A DNA stretch of 64,000 nucleotides from an uncultured bacterium. Lineage in GTDB: Bacteria > Eisenbacteria > RBG-16-71-46. Below, piece by piece: positions 1 through 9,625 of this stretch. Positions within the stretch are counted from its first letter, which is position 1. Each line of letters opens with the position of its first letter. The stretch lies in assembly GCA_964418975.1 (NCBI GenBank), contig CAYQNV010000068.1, positions 3,254-67,253 on the forward strand, in the 5' to 3' direction. The translations under genes were made by a program, and so were the position numbers. The notes beneath the pieces are model-generated. The model was not told the origin of the DNA. It saw only the letters and a program-made list of their open reading frames with translations, and ran no database searches.

Positions 1-1359
1 GCCGCGCCGCGTGCGATGCCACGGCAGGGTGATGTCGCAGGCTCGCGCCGTGAGGTCCAGCCCGAGCAAGCCGAGCACGAGATTCGCGAGCCACATGGCC
101 AGCCAGGCGGGCAGCAGCAGCCGGTTCGCCAGCTCCTCGCCGCCGATCAGGCACACGTAGTAAAAGAGAAAGAATCCGATCGAGGCGAAGGCGACCGCCG
201 GACCCGCGCGGCGCACGCGCATGCCGATGGGCGCGCCGATCAGCACGAACACCACGCACGCCACGGGCAGCGCGAACTTCTTGTGGATCTCCACCGACAG
301 CCCCGCGGCGCGGCGGAGCAGCGCGCGGCGCTCCATGTTCCACAGGTTCACGCTCAGCTCGAGCGTCGGGAACTTCTTGGCGATCGCCTCGAGCGGGTCG
401 CTGCGCGACGCCAGGCTCATGACCCACAGGCCCAACCGTGTGTGGAGCGGGGATCGTTCCGGGGCGAGCGCCGGAATCTGCTCGGCGGGCACGCCCGCGG
501 TGGTGAACACGCTTCGGTAGCGAGCGAGCGAACGCTCGTACTCGCCGAGCACGTCGCTGCGCTCGACGATCAGCTGGGCCGCGCTCTTCTCGCGGTCGCC
601 GCGCGCGCTCCGCACGGTGCGCTCGAGCAACCCACCCGCACCCTGGATGTTGATGGTGTGCTTGCGGAATTGCAGGCGGTGGTAGCGGTTCACGCCCACC
701 TCGCCGGCGGGGATCTCGTGGATCTCGCCGTCCTCCAGCTCGAGCACGGCGGTTCGGCCGTCCGGCGTGTAGGTGAGGTAGCCCTTCTTGGCGAGGATGG
801 TGGTGGGCGGGCCGCCGGCATGCAGCTGGTAGATGGTGACGCCGCGCATCTCGTTCGTGAGCCCGTTCACGGACTGGACCAGCAGGTTGTAGCCGGGGAA
901 ATCGGTGATGAACACGCCCTCCTGGAGCTTCACCGTGGGCCGCATGCGGCCGATATCCACGAGCAGGCTGGCGAAGGCGTGATTGGCGTCGGGATACACG
1001 TAATTGTTGAACAGCGTCAGCCCCACGGCGAGCGAGGCCGCCGCCGCGAGCGGCGGCAGCATGGCGCGGAACAGGTGCACGCCGCTCGCCCTCATGGCCG
1101 TGATCTCGTTGTCCTGGGAGAGCCGGCCGAACGTCATGAGCGTCGCGATCAGCACCGAGCAGGGCACTGACAGGGCGATCACGAAGCCCAACGACAACCC
1201 GAACAGCTGCAGCACCGCGACCGCGGGCACTCCTCGGTTGATGACCAGGTCCAGGTAGTCGAACAGCACGTCCATCTCGAAGACGAACGTGACCACCCCG
1301 AACCCGAGCAAGAAGGGAACCAAGTGCAGCCGAAGGATGTAGGAAGGAAGGATACGCAC
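1..1359 (-). CDS. lptF: LptF/LptG (YjgP/YjgQ) family LPS export permease, 3' end runs off the window
   Basis: Manual translation from GTG at 1359 gives MRILPSYILRLHLVPFLLGFGVVTFVFEMD...LMTFGRLSQDNEITAMRASGV... and a C-terminal FFLFYYVCLIGGEELANR, typical LptF motifs. Absent from the ORF track because there is no stop in the window. Confidence 0.9.
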   Translation of the reverse strand, partial: MRILPSYILRLHLVPFLLGFGVVTFVFEMDVLFDYLDLVINRGVPAVAVLQLFGLSLGFVIALSVPCSVLIATLMTFGRLSQDNEITAMRASGVHLFRAMLPPLAAAASLAVGLTLFNNYVYPDANHAFASLLVDIGRMRPTVKLQEGVFITDFPGYNLLVQSVNGLTNEMRGVTIYQLHAGGPPTTILAKKGYLTYTPDGRTAVLELEDGEIHEIPAGEVGVNRYHRLQFRKHTINIQGAGGLLERTVRSARGDREKSAAQLIVERSDVLGEYERSLARYRSVFTTAGVPAEQIPALAPERSPLHTRLGLWVMSLASRSDPLEAIAKKFPTLELSVNLWNMERRALLRRAAGLSVEIHKKFALPVACVVFVLIGAPIGMRVRRAGPAVAFASIGFFLFYYVCLIGGEELANRLLLPAWLAMWLANLVLGLLGLDLTARACDITLPWHRTRRG

Positions 1360-1416
1360 GGTTCCGCAGACTACCCCACGGATGCCGACGCCGGCACCTT
1401 GCGGCCCGCCAAGGCT

Positions 1417-1445
1417 TTGACCGCTCTCCAACCGGCTGTTACGGT
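1417..1445 (+). promoter_or_regulatory. Putative sigma70 promoter for sprA
   Basis: TTGACC (1417-1422), 17 nt spacer, TACGGT (1440-1445), with TG at the extended -10 position. Confidence 0.55.
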
Positions 1446-1491
1446 CGCTCTCCTGTCCTAGGCTTCCCCGGACGCGCGGCCCCAGGAATCC

Positions 1492-4400
1492 ATGATCGGC
1501 TCGCTGACCCTGCCCGCCATCGCATTCGTCGCGGCGATCTCCGGCCTGCCGGGGCTCAAGGGTTTGCCCATGCCCGCCAGCAAGGAGCACGCCAGGGCAC
1601 GGGCGGAGGCCGCCGCCGCCGATACCCTGCCGCCCCCTTGGAAGCCCTCGTGGAGGCTGGCGCTCGAGAGCCAGTTCGTGTTCGCAGGCTTGCTCCCGAT
1701 CGGCCGACCGCAGGGACCGGTGAAGCTGTTGCCGGCCTATGACCCGCGCCGCGTTCGCGTGAGCGTGGAACCCGACTCGGGCACCTATCGGAGCGAGGTG
1801 GAGGTGGGGGAGGTCGCGCTCCGCCCCAGCTACCGGCAGCCGCTCGGCGCGTTCTCGCGCGACTTCGCCGCCCGCTCGTTCCGCGAGCGTTGGGCCGATC
1901 ACGCCCGGCGCAACGTCAACACGCTCGGTAAGGACACCCCGCTCCAGCGCACCGGCCTGACGCTGCCCATCCCGGTCAAGCTGCCGCAACGGCTCTCCAG
2001 CATCCTCGGTCCCGGCGGTCCGGCACTCAACGTGTCGGGCTCGGAGAGCATCCGACTCTCCGGCACCAGCAACTGGACCAATGTGCAGCAGGGCCTGATC
2101 GGCCAGAAAAAGAGCCTGTTCCCGTCGCTCGACATGCAGCAGGACCTCGACATCCGGCTCGAGGGCCAGCTGTCGGATCGCATCAAGGTGAACCTGCTCC
2201 AGAACTCCGCCAATCAGGTGCCGCTCGCGAATCGGATCGCGATCAATTACCGCGGCGACGAGGACGATTTCGTCCAGGCGTTGGACCTCGGCAACACCAG
2301 TCTCGCATTGCCGGGCACGCAATACGTGTCGTACAGCGGCAAGAACGAGGGGCTGTTCGGCGTGAAGCTCGCGTCGCGGATCGGCGCGCTCGACTTCACC
2401 GCGCTCGCGAGCAAGCAGGAAGGGCGCAGCGAGCGCGCCGTGTACTCGGGCGGGGCCGCACGCACGGTGCCACGGAACTTCACCGACCTCGACTGGGTGA
2501 AGGGGCAGTACTTCATGCTCTACGACCCCAACTTCGGCACCGTGTACGAGCTGGACGATAGCTCGATCCGGCTCTACCTCGACGACGCGAACGCCAGCAA
2601 CGACCGCAACGTCATCGCGGGCAGGGCGGTGATCGATCCCGACGGCGCCATGGCCATGCCACTGCCTCCCGTCTCCGATACGGCGTTCGTGCGGGGCAGC
2701 TTCGATATCCTCAATCCGGGCGCGGACCAACAGTACGAGGTGCTCAGCAACCTCTACGCGTTCCACGACACGTTGTTCAAGGTGATCCGGCTGAAGCAGG
2801 CCATCCCTCCGACCGGTAACCAGACGCTCGCGGTGAGCTATCGCGCCACGCCGTTGATCGGCCCAGGGCATGCGCTCGGGACGCCGGTGACGGTGGGTGG
2901 GCGGCTCGTCACCACGCCGGGGCCCGATTCGGGCTTCACGCTGCTCAAGCTGTTGCGCGTGCCCCGGACCAGCCTGGCCTACACGACCGACAACTTCTTC
3001 GACACGACGTCGGCATTCGCGCCGGTGCGCGAGTTGGAACTCAAGAACTTCTACGACCTGGGTGGGTACGGCATCGATCCCAAGACGTTCAAGCTCGCCA
3101 TTCAGGCCGGGCAGGACGACCCGCCGGTCACCAGCTTGAACGGCATCCCGTTTATCGAGTTCCTGGGGCTCGACAACTGGGACGAGCAGACGGGCCAGGC
3201 TCGACGCACCCCGGACGGCCGGGTGGATATCGTCGGCTTCAACTCGCAGACGCGCGGCTGGGTGGACTACACGAACGGCACGCTGTTCCTGCCCGATCCG
3301 CGCCCATTCGCGCCACGCCTGTCGGGCCCCGAGGGCCGGCAGTTCGATCGCTTCATCGACGACCTGGTCGGTCGGCGGGGTCGGTTGGACGGCACGGGAC
3401 TAGCGGTGAATCGAGCCAATCCCCGGGCCTACGATCTGCTCGACCCGAAACCGGCCGACGCAGCCTGGTACTTCGAGGTGGAGTACGCCGCGTCCCGCTC
3501 GGGTGGCGGCGACATCACGCTGGGCCGCGGCAACATCCTCGACAACTCCGAAGCCGTGGTGGTGAACGGCGAGCGCTGGGTCCGCGACCGGGACTACACC
3601 ATCGACTACGACCTCGGCCGCATCACGCTCAAGCGCCAGGTGGGCCCCTCGGACCAACTCTCGGTGGACTATTCCTACGCGCCGCTGTTCGCGCAGGCGA
3701 GCAAGACGCTCGTGGGTAGCGCGTTCCGCATGGAGGGCCGTGACCGGAGCCTGGGCGGCGCGTTCCTCTACGAGAGCAAGGGTGCCCAGGACATCCGGCC
3801 GCGACTGGGCGAGGAGCCCTCGCGCACGCTCATCACCGACCTCAATTCCGAGTGGCGGTTCAAGCCGTCGTTCCTCACCCGCTTCGCCGACGCCCTCCCG
3901 GGCGTGCGCACGACCACGCCGTCCGAGTTCAACGTGCAGGCCGAGGCCGGCATGTCGTTCCCCAACCCGAACACGCGCAACGAGGTGTTCGTGGACGACA
4001 TGGAGGGCGTGCGCGACGCCGTGTCACTGGGCCTCACGCCGGACCGCTGGCGCTGGTCGAGCGTGCCGCGACGTGCCACCAACGTGGTGCTCGGCGACGC
4101 GGTGGCGACGCAGTCCTTCCTGACACTGCCGCGCTACCGAAACGCCGAGGTGCACTGGTACGTGCCGGTCAACACGAACCGATCGAACTCCAGCGACGGC
4201 CTGATTCAGGAGCGAGACCTGCGGCCGAGGCTCTCGGAAGCCCAGGGCGCGTTGAACGTGCGCACGGTGATGGGCATCTCGATTCCCCGGAAACCGGCGG
4301 GATTCGTGGCTCAGGATTCGCTGTGGGCGGGCCTCACCTACAACCTCGACGCCGTGGGGCTCGACCTGTCGCGCTCGCAGTTCATCGAGCTGTGGGTGAA

Positions 4401-7400
4401 CGACTGGCACGATCACCACGACCCGGTGGTCCGCACGCCGCGCATCCGCGGCGATGGCACACCCGGTTCCGGGGTCAAGCTCCACATCGATCTCGGACGC
4501 GTCAGCGAGGACCAGATGCGCGCCCCGAACCGCCTGCCGAACGCCCGCATCGACACGGAAGACCGCCGGCCGCGCGACAACCAGCTCACGGTGATCGGCG
4601 AGGACTCCGAGGACACCGGCATCGACGGCCAGAATGACACAGGTGAGCAGGATGCCGTCTCGGCGGGCCAGCTGACGATCGCCGACCTGAGCACGGCCTC
4701 ATCGTCGGATCCGGAGGGCGACAACTGGGCCACCGTGGACGAGAGCCACAGCTCGCCCGGGGACCCGCGCCGCTACCTCAAGACGAACGGCAGCGAACGG
4801 AGTCGGGACGCGTTCCCGATCCCCGACACCGAGGACATGAACCTGAACGAGCAGCCGGACACGACCGAGGCGTACTTCGAGTACACCATCGACCTCGGGG
4901 CCCAGGACAGCCCCTATCTCGTCACCGACGTGGTGCGGGACTTCGGCGACGTGCCCGACGTGGACAGCACGCGGAACGGCTGGCGTCGCTACCGCATCCC
5001 GCTCAATGACAGCCTGCGCGTGCGCTTCGGGTTTCCCGACCTCAGCATCGCCCAGCACGTGCGGTTGTGGGTGGAAGGCCTGACGTCCGACGAGGCGACA
5101 GGCCTGTCGGAGCAACGCCCGATGCTCATGCTGGGTGGGCTCGACATCGTGGGCAGCCGTTGGCTGAACGCCGGCCTCACGCCTCGCCAACGTGACACGC
5201 TGCGAACCACGGTCACGCTGAACGCCATCAATACCGTGGACAACGCCGAGATCTACGTGGCGCCGTTCGACCCGGGCACCACGCGCAACGGCAGCCAGGC
5301 GTTCCAGCGGCGGGAACAGTCCCTGGCGCTCGAGTTCGCCGACCTGCACCCGGCCGACTCGCTCGAGGCCTACAAGACGTTCTCGATTCCCGAGAACTAC
5401 AGCCGCTATGGCGTGTTGCGCTGGTTCGCCTCGAGCTTCCAGGTCTCCAAGCGCGACCTGGCCGGGGCCGACCTCGGCACGTACGACCCGGCGCTCGACT
5501 CGCTGTTCTATTTCGTCCGCTTCGCTTCGGACGACAAGGGACTGAGCTACTACGAGATCAAGCGCAGGCTGCCGCGCTCATCGACGCCTCAAGACATCGG
5601 CTGGGAAGAAGTGCTCGCCCAGATCGAGAAGCTGTCCGTGGCCAAGCTCGATCCGGCGTTCCCGACCGCCGAGCCCATCCTGTTCCGCACCGCGCTCGCG
5701 AATGGCGACTCGCTCATCCTGCGCGGACGTCCCAGCTTCACGCGGCTGCGGCGTGTCTCGTTCGGTGTACTCAACCAGACGACCGACCGCCGGTTCACCG
5801 GCCAGTTGTGGTTCGATGAATTGCGCGCCACCGACGTGGCCAAGGACGTGGGGCTCGCGAACCGCGTGCTCGTGAACGGACGCTGGGCCAATCTCATGGA
5901 CTACAACGTGGCCTGGAGCTCGCGTGATGCCGACTTCCTCTCGGTGGGCGATTCGCGGGGCAGCGGCAGTCGCAACACGTCGCTCAACGTGAGCACGCGA
6001 TTCGAGCCCCACCGCTTCTTCGAGGGCACCGGCATCCTGCTGCCGGTGAGTTTCTCGCAGAACGAGTCGTCGCAGCGGCCGCGGTTCACGGCCGGCGACG
6101 ACATCGTGCGCTCCGGCGCGTTGGCCGAGGACAGCGAGTCCCGAACGGTGTCGCGCCAGATGTCGGCGCAGTACTCGCGCGTGTGGAGCGAGCGCTCGAA
6201 CCCGCTGCTGCGTTACACGCTCGGGGGCGTAAACGCGAACATCAGTCGGTCCACGTCAGATTCACGCTTTCCCACGTCGCTCAGCAAGTCCACGAGCATC
6301 ACGGCGGGCGTCACCTACCAGATCGCGCCGCGCCAGCTGCTCCCGGTGTCGCTGCCGTTCACGAAGACGCGCTTCTTCCCGTTGCCGGAACGTTTCTACT
6401 GGAACTATGGCGTCACCTCGACCAAGTCGAACGCGTTCACGCGCACGTTCGGGAGCGACAGCCTACGGCCCTCCAGCAGCCTGAACGGCCGTGCCGCGAA
6501 TGTGGACTTCGGCGCGGACACGAGGCCGTTCGACCTGTTGAGCCACCACATCGAAGGGCGCCGCAACCTGGGGCTGGACGGCGTGCGCCTGGATCGCGTG
6601 GGCTTCATCAACTTCGGGCGGCTCGAGAGCTGGCGGCAGACGTTCGCATCGCACCTCGCCCTGAACCCACACCCGTGGCTGCGACCGTCATTCAACTGGT
6701 CGTCGAATTACGGACAGCGGAACGATATGCAGTCGCGCGACCTGTTCGAGCGCTCGATCACAAACGGCCAGGAGCTCGGCATGAACTGGGACCTGCCGTT
6801 CGACCGGCTCGTGTCTCCGGGCGTCACGGGCGCGGCGCGTCCACCCGCCACGGCGAAGCCGGATTCCGCCGCGGGCGGCGTGACGCGCCCGCGCCGGCCC
6901 CGGCTGCCCTGGCGCGGGCTCCTGTCTCGCTTCGGGGCGATCAGCACCGACGGCCGGATCGGTCGCAACACGAACTATTCGCGACTCTCGGGCACGGCCA
7001 GTCCGCTCTACCTCATGGGACTCGCCGACAATCCCGGCTTCGGGCAGGGCAAGGTGTTCGCCCAGCCGGGCAACACGTCGTCGAGCGGGCTCGACTGGCG
7101 CGGCAACGCCCGCACCACGCTGCCGCTCGCGTTCGGCAGCTCGCTCCAGACGCGACTGAGCTACGGCGATCGCGTCACCAACAACAACGGCGTGTTGACG
7201 CGCAATCGGGACTGGCGCTTCCCCGACGTCGAGGTGCAGTACGGTCGCGTGGCCAGCCTGCTCGGCATCACCAAAGTCTTGGAAAACGCGCAGCTGCGCA
7301 CGGCGTACGCCCGCAGCAACTCCGTGGACTACCAGAACTCGCGCAGCCTTCGCACGGGAACCTCACGGAGCGAGGACTTCCGACCGTTGTTCTCGGTGCG

Positions 7401-7830
7401 CGGGCGCCTCAAGAACGGCACCGACGCGGACTTGCGGCTCGAGCGCCGCTCCACCGTGCGCGAATCGTTCCAGCTCGGCAGCTCGAAGGCCACCGACCAG
7501 ACCACCGACGTGAACTTCAGCCTGTCCCGCTCCTACTCCCAGGGGCAGAAGGTGAACTTCTTGGGCAAGACCACCACCGTGAAGACCAACGTGAGCCTGT
7601 CGCTCACCACCGTGTACTCGCGCCAGAAGGGCGGCGTGAAGGTGGCGAACGAGGCGAAGCTTGCGAACCCGGTGGACCGCACGCGGATGTCGATGAATGG
7701 CACCGGCAGCTACGGTTTCAGCAGCAACGTCACCGGCGACCTGGCGCTCGGCTTCAGCCACTTCCGCGACACGAACGGGATCATCCGCCGCAGCATCCGC
7801 GTGGAGCTGCGCGGTCAGTTCCGCTTCTGA
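1492..7830 (+). CDS. sprA: SprA/Sov-like very large outer-membrane beta-barrel protein (T9SS translocon homologue)
   Basis: 2112 aa. N-terminal blocks (LDMQQDLDIRLEGQLSDRIKV, INYRGDEDDFVQALDLGNTSL, GLFGVKL, ASKQEG) resemble SprA. The C-terminal third has many amphipathic strands and ends in an OM barrel-type signal (ELRGQFRF). Confidence 0.8.
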   Translation: MIGSLTLPAIAFVAAISGLPGLKGLPMPASKEHARARAEAAAADTLPPPWKPSWRLALESQFVFAGLLPIGRPQGPVKLLPAYDPRRVRVSVEPDSGTYRSEVEVGEVALRPSYRQPLGAFSRDFAARSFRERWADHARRNVNTLGKDTPLQRTGLTLPIPVKLPQRLSSILGPGGPALNVSGSESIRLSGTSNWTNVQQGLIGQKKSLFPSLDMQQDLDIRLEGQLSDRIKVNLLQNSANQVPLANRIAINYRGDEDDFVQALDLGNTSLALPGTQYVSYSGKNEGLFGVKLASRIGALDFTALASKQEGRSERAVYSGGAARTVPRNFTDLDWVKGQYFMLYDPNFGTVYELDDSSIRLYLDDANASNDRNVIAGRAVIDPDGAMAMPLPPVSDTAFVRGSFDILNPGADQQYEVLSNLYAFHDTLFKVIRLKQAIPPTGNQTLAVSYRATPLIGPGHALGTPVTVGGRLVTTPGPDSGFTLLKLLRVPRTSLAYTTDNFFDTTSAFAPVRELELKNFYDLGGYGIDPKTFKLAIQAGQDDPPVTSLNGIPFIEFLGLDNWDEQTGQARRTPDGRVDIVGFNSQTRGWVDYTNGTLFLPDPRPFAPRLSGPEGRQFDRFIDDLVGRRGRLDGTGLAVNRANPRAYDLLDPKPADAAWYFEVEYAASRSGGGDITLGRGNILDNSEAVVVNGERWVRDRDYTIDYDLGRITLKRQVGPSDQLSVDYSYAPLFAQASKTLVGSAFRMEGRDRSLGGAFLYESKGAQDIRPRLGEEPSRTLITDLNSEWRFKPSFLTRFADALPGVRTTTPSEFNVQAEAGMSFPNPNTRNEVFVDDMEGVRDAVSLGLTPDRWRWSSVPRRATNVVLGDAVATQSFLTLPRYRNAEVHWYVPVNTNRSNSSDGLIQERDLRPRLSEAQGALNVRTVMGISIPRKPAGFVAQDSLWAGLTYNLDAVGLDLSRSQFIELWVNDWHDHHDPVVRTPRIRGDGTPGSGVKLHIDLGRVSEDQMRAPNRLPNARIDTEDRRPRDNQLTVIGEDSEDTGIDGQNDTGEQDAVSAGQLTIADLSTASSSDPEGDNWATVDESHSSPGDPRRYLKTNGSERSRDAFPIPDTEDMNLNEQPDTTEAYFEYTIDLGAQDSPYLVTDVVRDFGDVPDVDSTRNGWRRYRIPLNDSLRVRFGFPDLSIAQHVRLWVEGLTSDEATGLSEQRPMLMLGGLDIVGSRWLNAGLTPRQRDTLRTTVTLNAINTVDNAEIYVAPFDPGTTRNGSQAFQRREQSLALEFADLHPADSLEAYKTFSIPENYSRYGVLRWFASSFQVSKRDLAGADLGTYDPALDSLFYFVRFASDDKGLSYYEIKRRLPRSSTPQDIGWEEVLAQIEKLSVAKLDPAFPTAEPILFRTALANGDSLILRGRPSFTRLRRVSFGVLNQTTDRRFTGQLWFDELRATDVAKDVGLANRVLVNGRWANLMDYNVAWSSRDADFLSVGDSRGSGSRNTSLNVSTRFEPHRFFEGTGILLPVSFSQNESSQRPRFTAGDDIVRSGALAEDSESRTVSRQMSAQYSRVWSERSNPLLRYTLGGVNANISRSTSDSRFPTSLSKSTSITAGVTYQIAPRQLLPVSLPFTKTRFFPLPERFYWNYGVTSTKSNAFTRTFGSDSLRPSSSLNGRAANVDFGADTRPFDLLSHHIEGRRNLGLDGVRLDRVGFINFGRLESWRQTFASHLALNPHPWLRPSFNWSSNYGQRNDMQSRDLFERSITNGQELGMNWDLPFDRLVSPGVTGAARPPATAKPDSAAGGVTRPRRPRLPWRGLLSRFGAISTDGRIGRNTNYSRLSGTASPLYLMGLADNPGFGQGKVFAQPGNTSSSGLDWRGNARTTLPLAFGSSLQTRLSYGDRVTNNNGVLTRNRDWRFPDVEVQYGRVASLLGITKVLENAQLRTAYARSNSVDYQNSRSLRTGTSRSEDFRPLFSVRGRLKNGTDADLRLERRSTVRESFQLGSSKATDQTTDVNFSLSRSYSQGQKVNFLGKTTTVKTNVSLSLTTVYSRQKGGVKVANEAKLANPVDRTRMSMNGTGSYGFSSNVTGDLALGFSHFRDTNGIIRRSIRVELRGQFRF

Positions 7831-7832
7831 GC

Positions 7833-8747
7833 ATGCGCGCTCGCTGGCTGCTCCCTCTGGTGCTGCCGCTCGTGCTCGCGGGTTCCTGCCGTGAGCCGGA
7901 CGCCCCCGACGGCGCGCGCGCGCTCGAGCGGGTGAAGTGGCAGGTGGCACAGGGCCCGCGCGTTCCCGGCACCCCCGGGAGCGCCGCCGTGCGCGAATGG
8001 CTTGGCGCCGAACTCGTGCGGCTGGGAGCCCGTGTCGATCTGCAGGCATTCGCGGACACGGTGGCGGGCCGGGTGTGGCCGCTCGAGAACGTGATCGGCC
8101 GATTCGGTCCCACCCGCGGCCGGCGCATAGCCCTCTACGCCCACTTCGACACGCGGCCCTGGTGCGACGCGGACCCCGACTCGACGAGGCGCTCCGAACC
8201 TTTACCGGGAGCGAACGACGGCGGCTCGGGCGTCGCCGTGCTGCTGGAGGTGGCCGAGCTGATGCACCGCCGGCCCCCGGCGGTGGGCGTGGACCTCGTG
8301 TTCCTGGACGGCGAGGACTTCGGCACTCCTGCCGCTCCCGAAGAATACAGCCGTGGCAGCCGCGGCTACGCCCGCCGCCTGCCGCCGCGGGGGGACCCGT
8401 CGAGGCCGGTGGCCGGCTTCGTGTTCGACATGGTCGGCGATCGCGACCTCGACATCTGGGACGAGGCCAACTCGGAGGCGCGGGCCACGAACCTGGTGGG
8501 CCTGGTGCATGACGCGGCCCGCGCCACGGGGGCGCGACACTTCCATCCGGAGGTCCGCCACACGATCATCGACGACCACATTCCGCTGCTCGACGCAGGG
8601 TTACCTACCGTGAATATCATCGACTTCGACTACGCCGCCTGGCACACGACCCGCGACCTTCCGGACCAGGTTTCGGCGGAGAGCCTGGCCGAAGTTGCGC
8701 GGGTCGCAGCGTGGATCGTGTACCGGAGTTCGTTGGCGAGGCGGTAG
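7833..8747 (+). CDS. M28 family Zn peptidase / glutaminyl-peptide cyclotransferase-like lipoprotein
   Basis: ATG at 7833, lipobox-like VLAGSC. Motifs AHFDTRP, GANDGGSGVAVLLE, FLDGEDFG, FDMVGD, DDHIP, WHTTRD. Confidence 0.85.
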   Translation: MRARWLLPLVLPLVLAGSCREPDAPDGARALERVKWQVAQGPRVPGTPGSAAVREWLGAELVRLGARVDLQAFADTVAGRVWPLENVIGRFGPTRGRRIALYAHFDTRPWCDADPDSTRRSEPLPGANDGGSGVAVLLEVAELMHRRPPAVGVDLVFLDGEDFGTPAAPEEYSRGSRGYARRLPPRGDPSRPVAGFVFDMVGDRDLDIWDEANSEARATNLVGLVHDAARATGARHFHPEVRHTIIDDHIPLLDAGLPTVNIIDFDYAAWHTTRDLPDQVSAESLAEVARVAAWIVYRSSLARR

Positions 8748-8785
8748 GTCTTCAATTCAGCCTCCGAGCCGGCGCCGCCCCGGGA

Positions 8786-8906
8786 GGGCTCGATCGCGGC
8801 CAACGCTCGGTCCGGCCAGTCCCTGGCCGGCCCTCCCTGTCGCTCGCGGGCGGCCTCCGGCCATCCCTGGCCTCTGGCCTGCTCGCGGCTGGCCGCGATC
8901 GAGCCC
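8786..8906. repeat. Palindromic intergenic element 1 (17-bp perfect terminal inverted repeats, internal hairpins)
   Basis: GGGCTCGATCGCGGCCA (8786-8802) is the exact reverse complement of 8890-8906. Inner hairpins CCGGCCA-gtccc-TGGCCGG (8812-8830) and GGCCA-tccc-TGGCC (8859-8872). Confidence 0.8.
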
Positions 8907-9004
8907 CCACCGGGACGGCGCCTACACCTGGCAGACTCCAACGCGGGCAACGGCGCCCGAGCTCGAACGAATCCCCCCCGCAGGCACAGAATCACCCCGC
9001 AGGC

Positions 9005-9033
9005 TTGCCGGGAAGGGCCTCATCGGCTAAGTT
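9005..9033 (+). promoter_or_regulatory. Putative sigma70 promoter of the rimP-nusA-infB operon
   Basis: TTGCCG (9005-9010), 17 nt, TAAGTT (9028-9033). Confidence 0.55.
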
Positions 9034-9041
9034 GCGGAGCA

Positions 9042-9073
9042 GGAGTGGGGCAGGTGCGACCACTCCGTTTTTT
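9042..9073 (+). terminator. rimP leader terminator/attenuator hairpin
   Basis: GGAGTGG-(11 nt)-CCACTCC followed by GTTTTTT, just upstream of rimP. Resembles the GAGTGGG...CCCACTC-T-tract rimP leaders known from other phyla. Confidence 0.7.
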
Positions 9074-9091
9074 GTCTGCGCGGGAGTGAAA

Positions 9092-9625
9092 GTGGAAGTC
9101 CGGGAAGAAGTTCGCCAGCTCGCCGAACCCCTTGCGGAAGAGCATGGCTACGAGCTGGTGGACATCGAGCAGGCGTCCCTCGGGCACTACCGGGTGATCC
9201 GGGTCTACCTGGACAAACCCGGCGGCGTCACGGTGGACGATTGCGCGCGGTTCAGCCGCCGTCTCGCGGACGCCATGGACATGAACCAGATCGTGCCGGG
9301 TCGTTATCACCTCGAGGTGAGCTCGCCCGGACTCGAACGTCCGGTCCGGACACTGGCGCACGTCCAGCGCTTCGCCGGACAGCGGATTCAGCTCCAAACA
9401 CATGATGCACGCGACGGCCGACGCCGCTGGGAAGGCGAGCTGCTCGGTCCCGTGGATGGGCGCGCGGGCGTGCGTACCGACGAAGATGAAGAGCAGTGGT
9501 TCGAGTGGGCCGAGGTGCGAGTGGCCCGCTTGGTGGTCGATCCGTGGGCGGGGCTGCGCCAACCCAAGGCGCGCCCGTCGGGGAAGGCCTCGCGGGGAGG
9601 GCAGGGGAGGGGGGTGGAACGATGA
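9092..9625 (+). CDS. rimP: Ribosome maturation factor RimP
   Basis: Motifs GYELVDIE, IRVYLDKPGGVTVDDCARFSR, YHLEVSSPGLERP; sits upstream of nusA. Start GTG 9092 chosen from GGGAG spacing; 9086 is an alternative. Confidence 0.93.
   Translation: MEVREEVRQLAEPLAEEHGYELVDIEQASLGHYRVIRVYLDKPGGVTVDDCARFSRRLADAMDMNQIVPGRYHLEVSSPGLERPVRTLAHVQRFAGQRIQLQTHDARDGRRRWEGELLGPVDGRAGVRTDEDEEQWFEWAEVRVARLVVDPWAGLRQPKARPSGKASRGGQGRGVER

Noticed and set aside
16-1170. 384-aa plus-strand ORF
   Set aside because: Antisense shadow of lptF; Arg/Ala/His-rich composition typical of GC-rich off-frame ORFs, with no motifs.
6183-7832. N-terminal 550 aa of the 854-aa ORF 6183-8747, and similar upstream extensions of ORFs at 10550, 20729-22618, 21197, 28878, 29585, 35545 and 59008
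   Set aside because: Off-frame run-ons overlapping the previous real gene; true starts were placed at overlapping ATG/GTG junctions.
8748-9085. Possible tRNA (metY-like) upstream of rimP
   Set aside because: No cloverleaf, T-loop GTTCRA or CCA end found; the region is explained by the palindromic element and the promoter.
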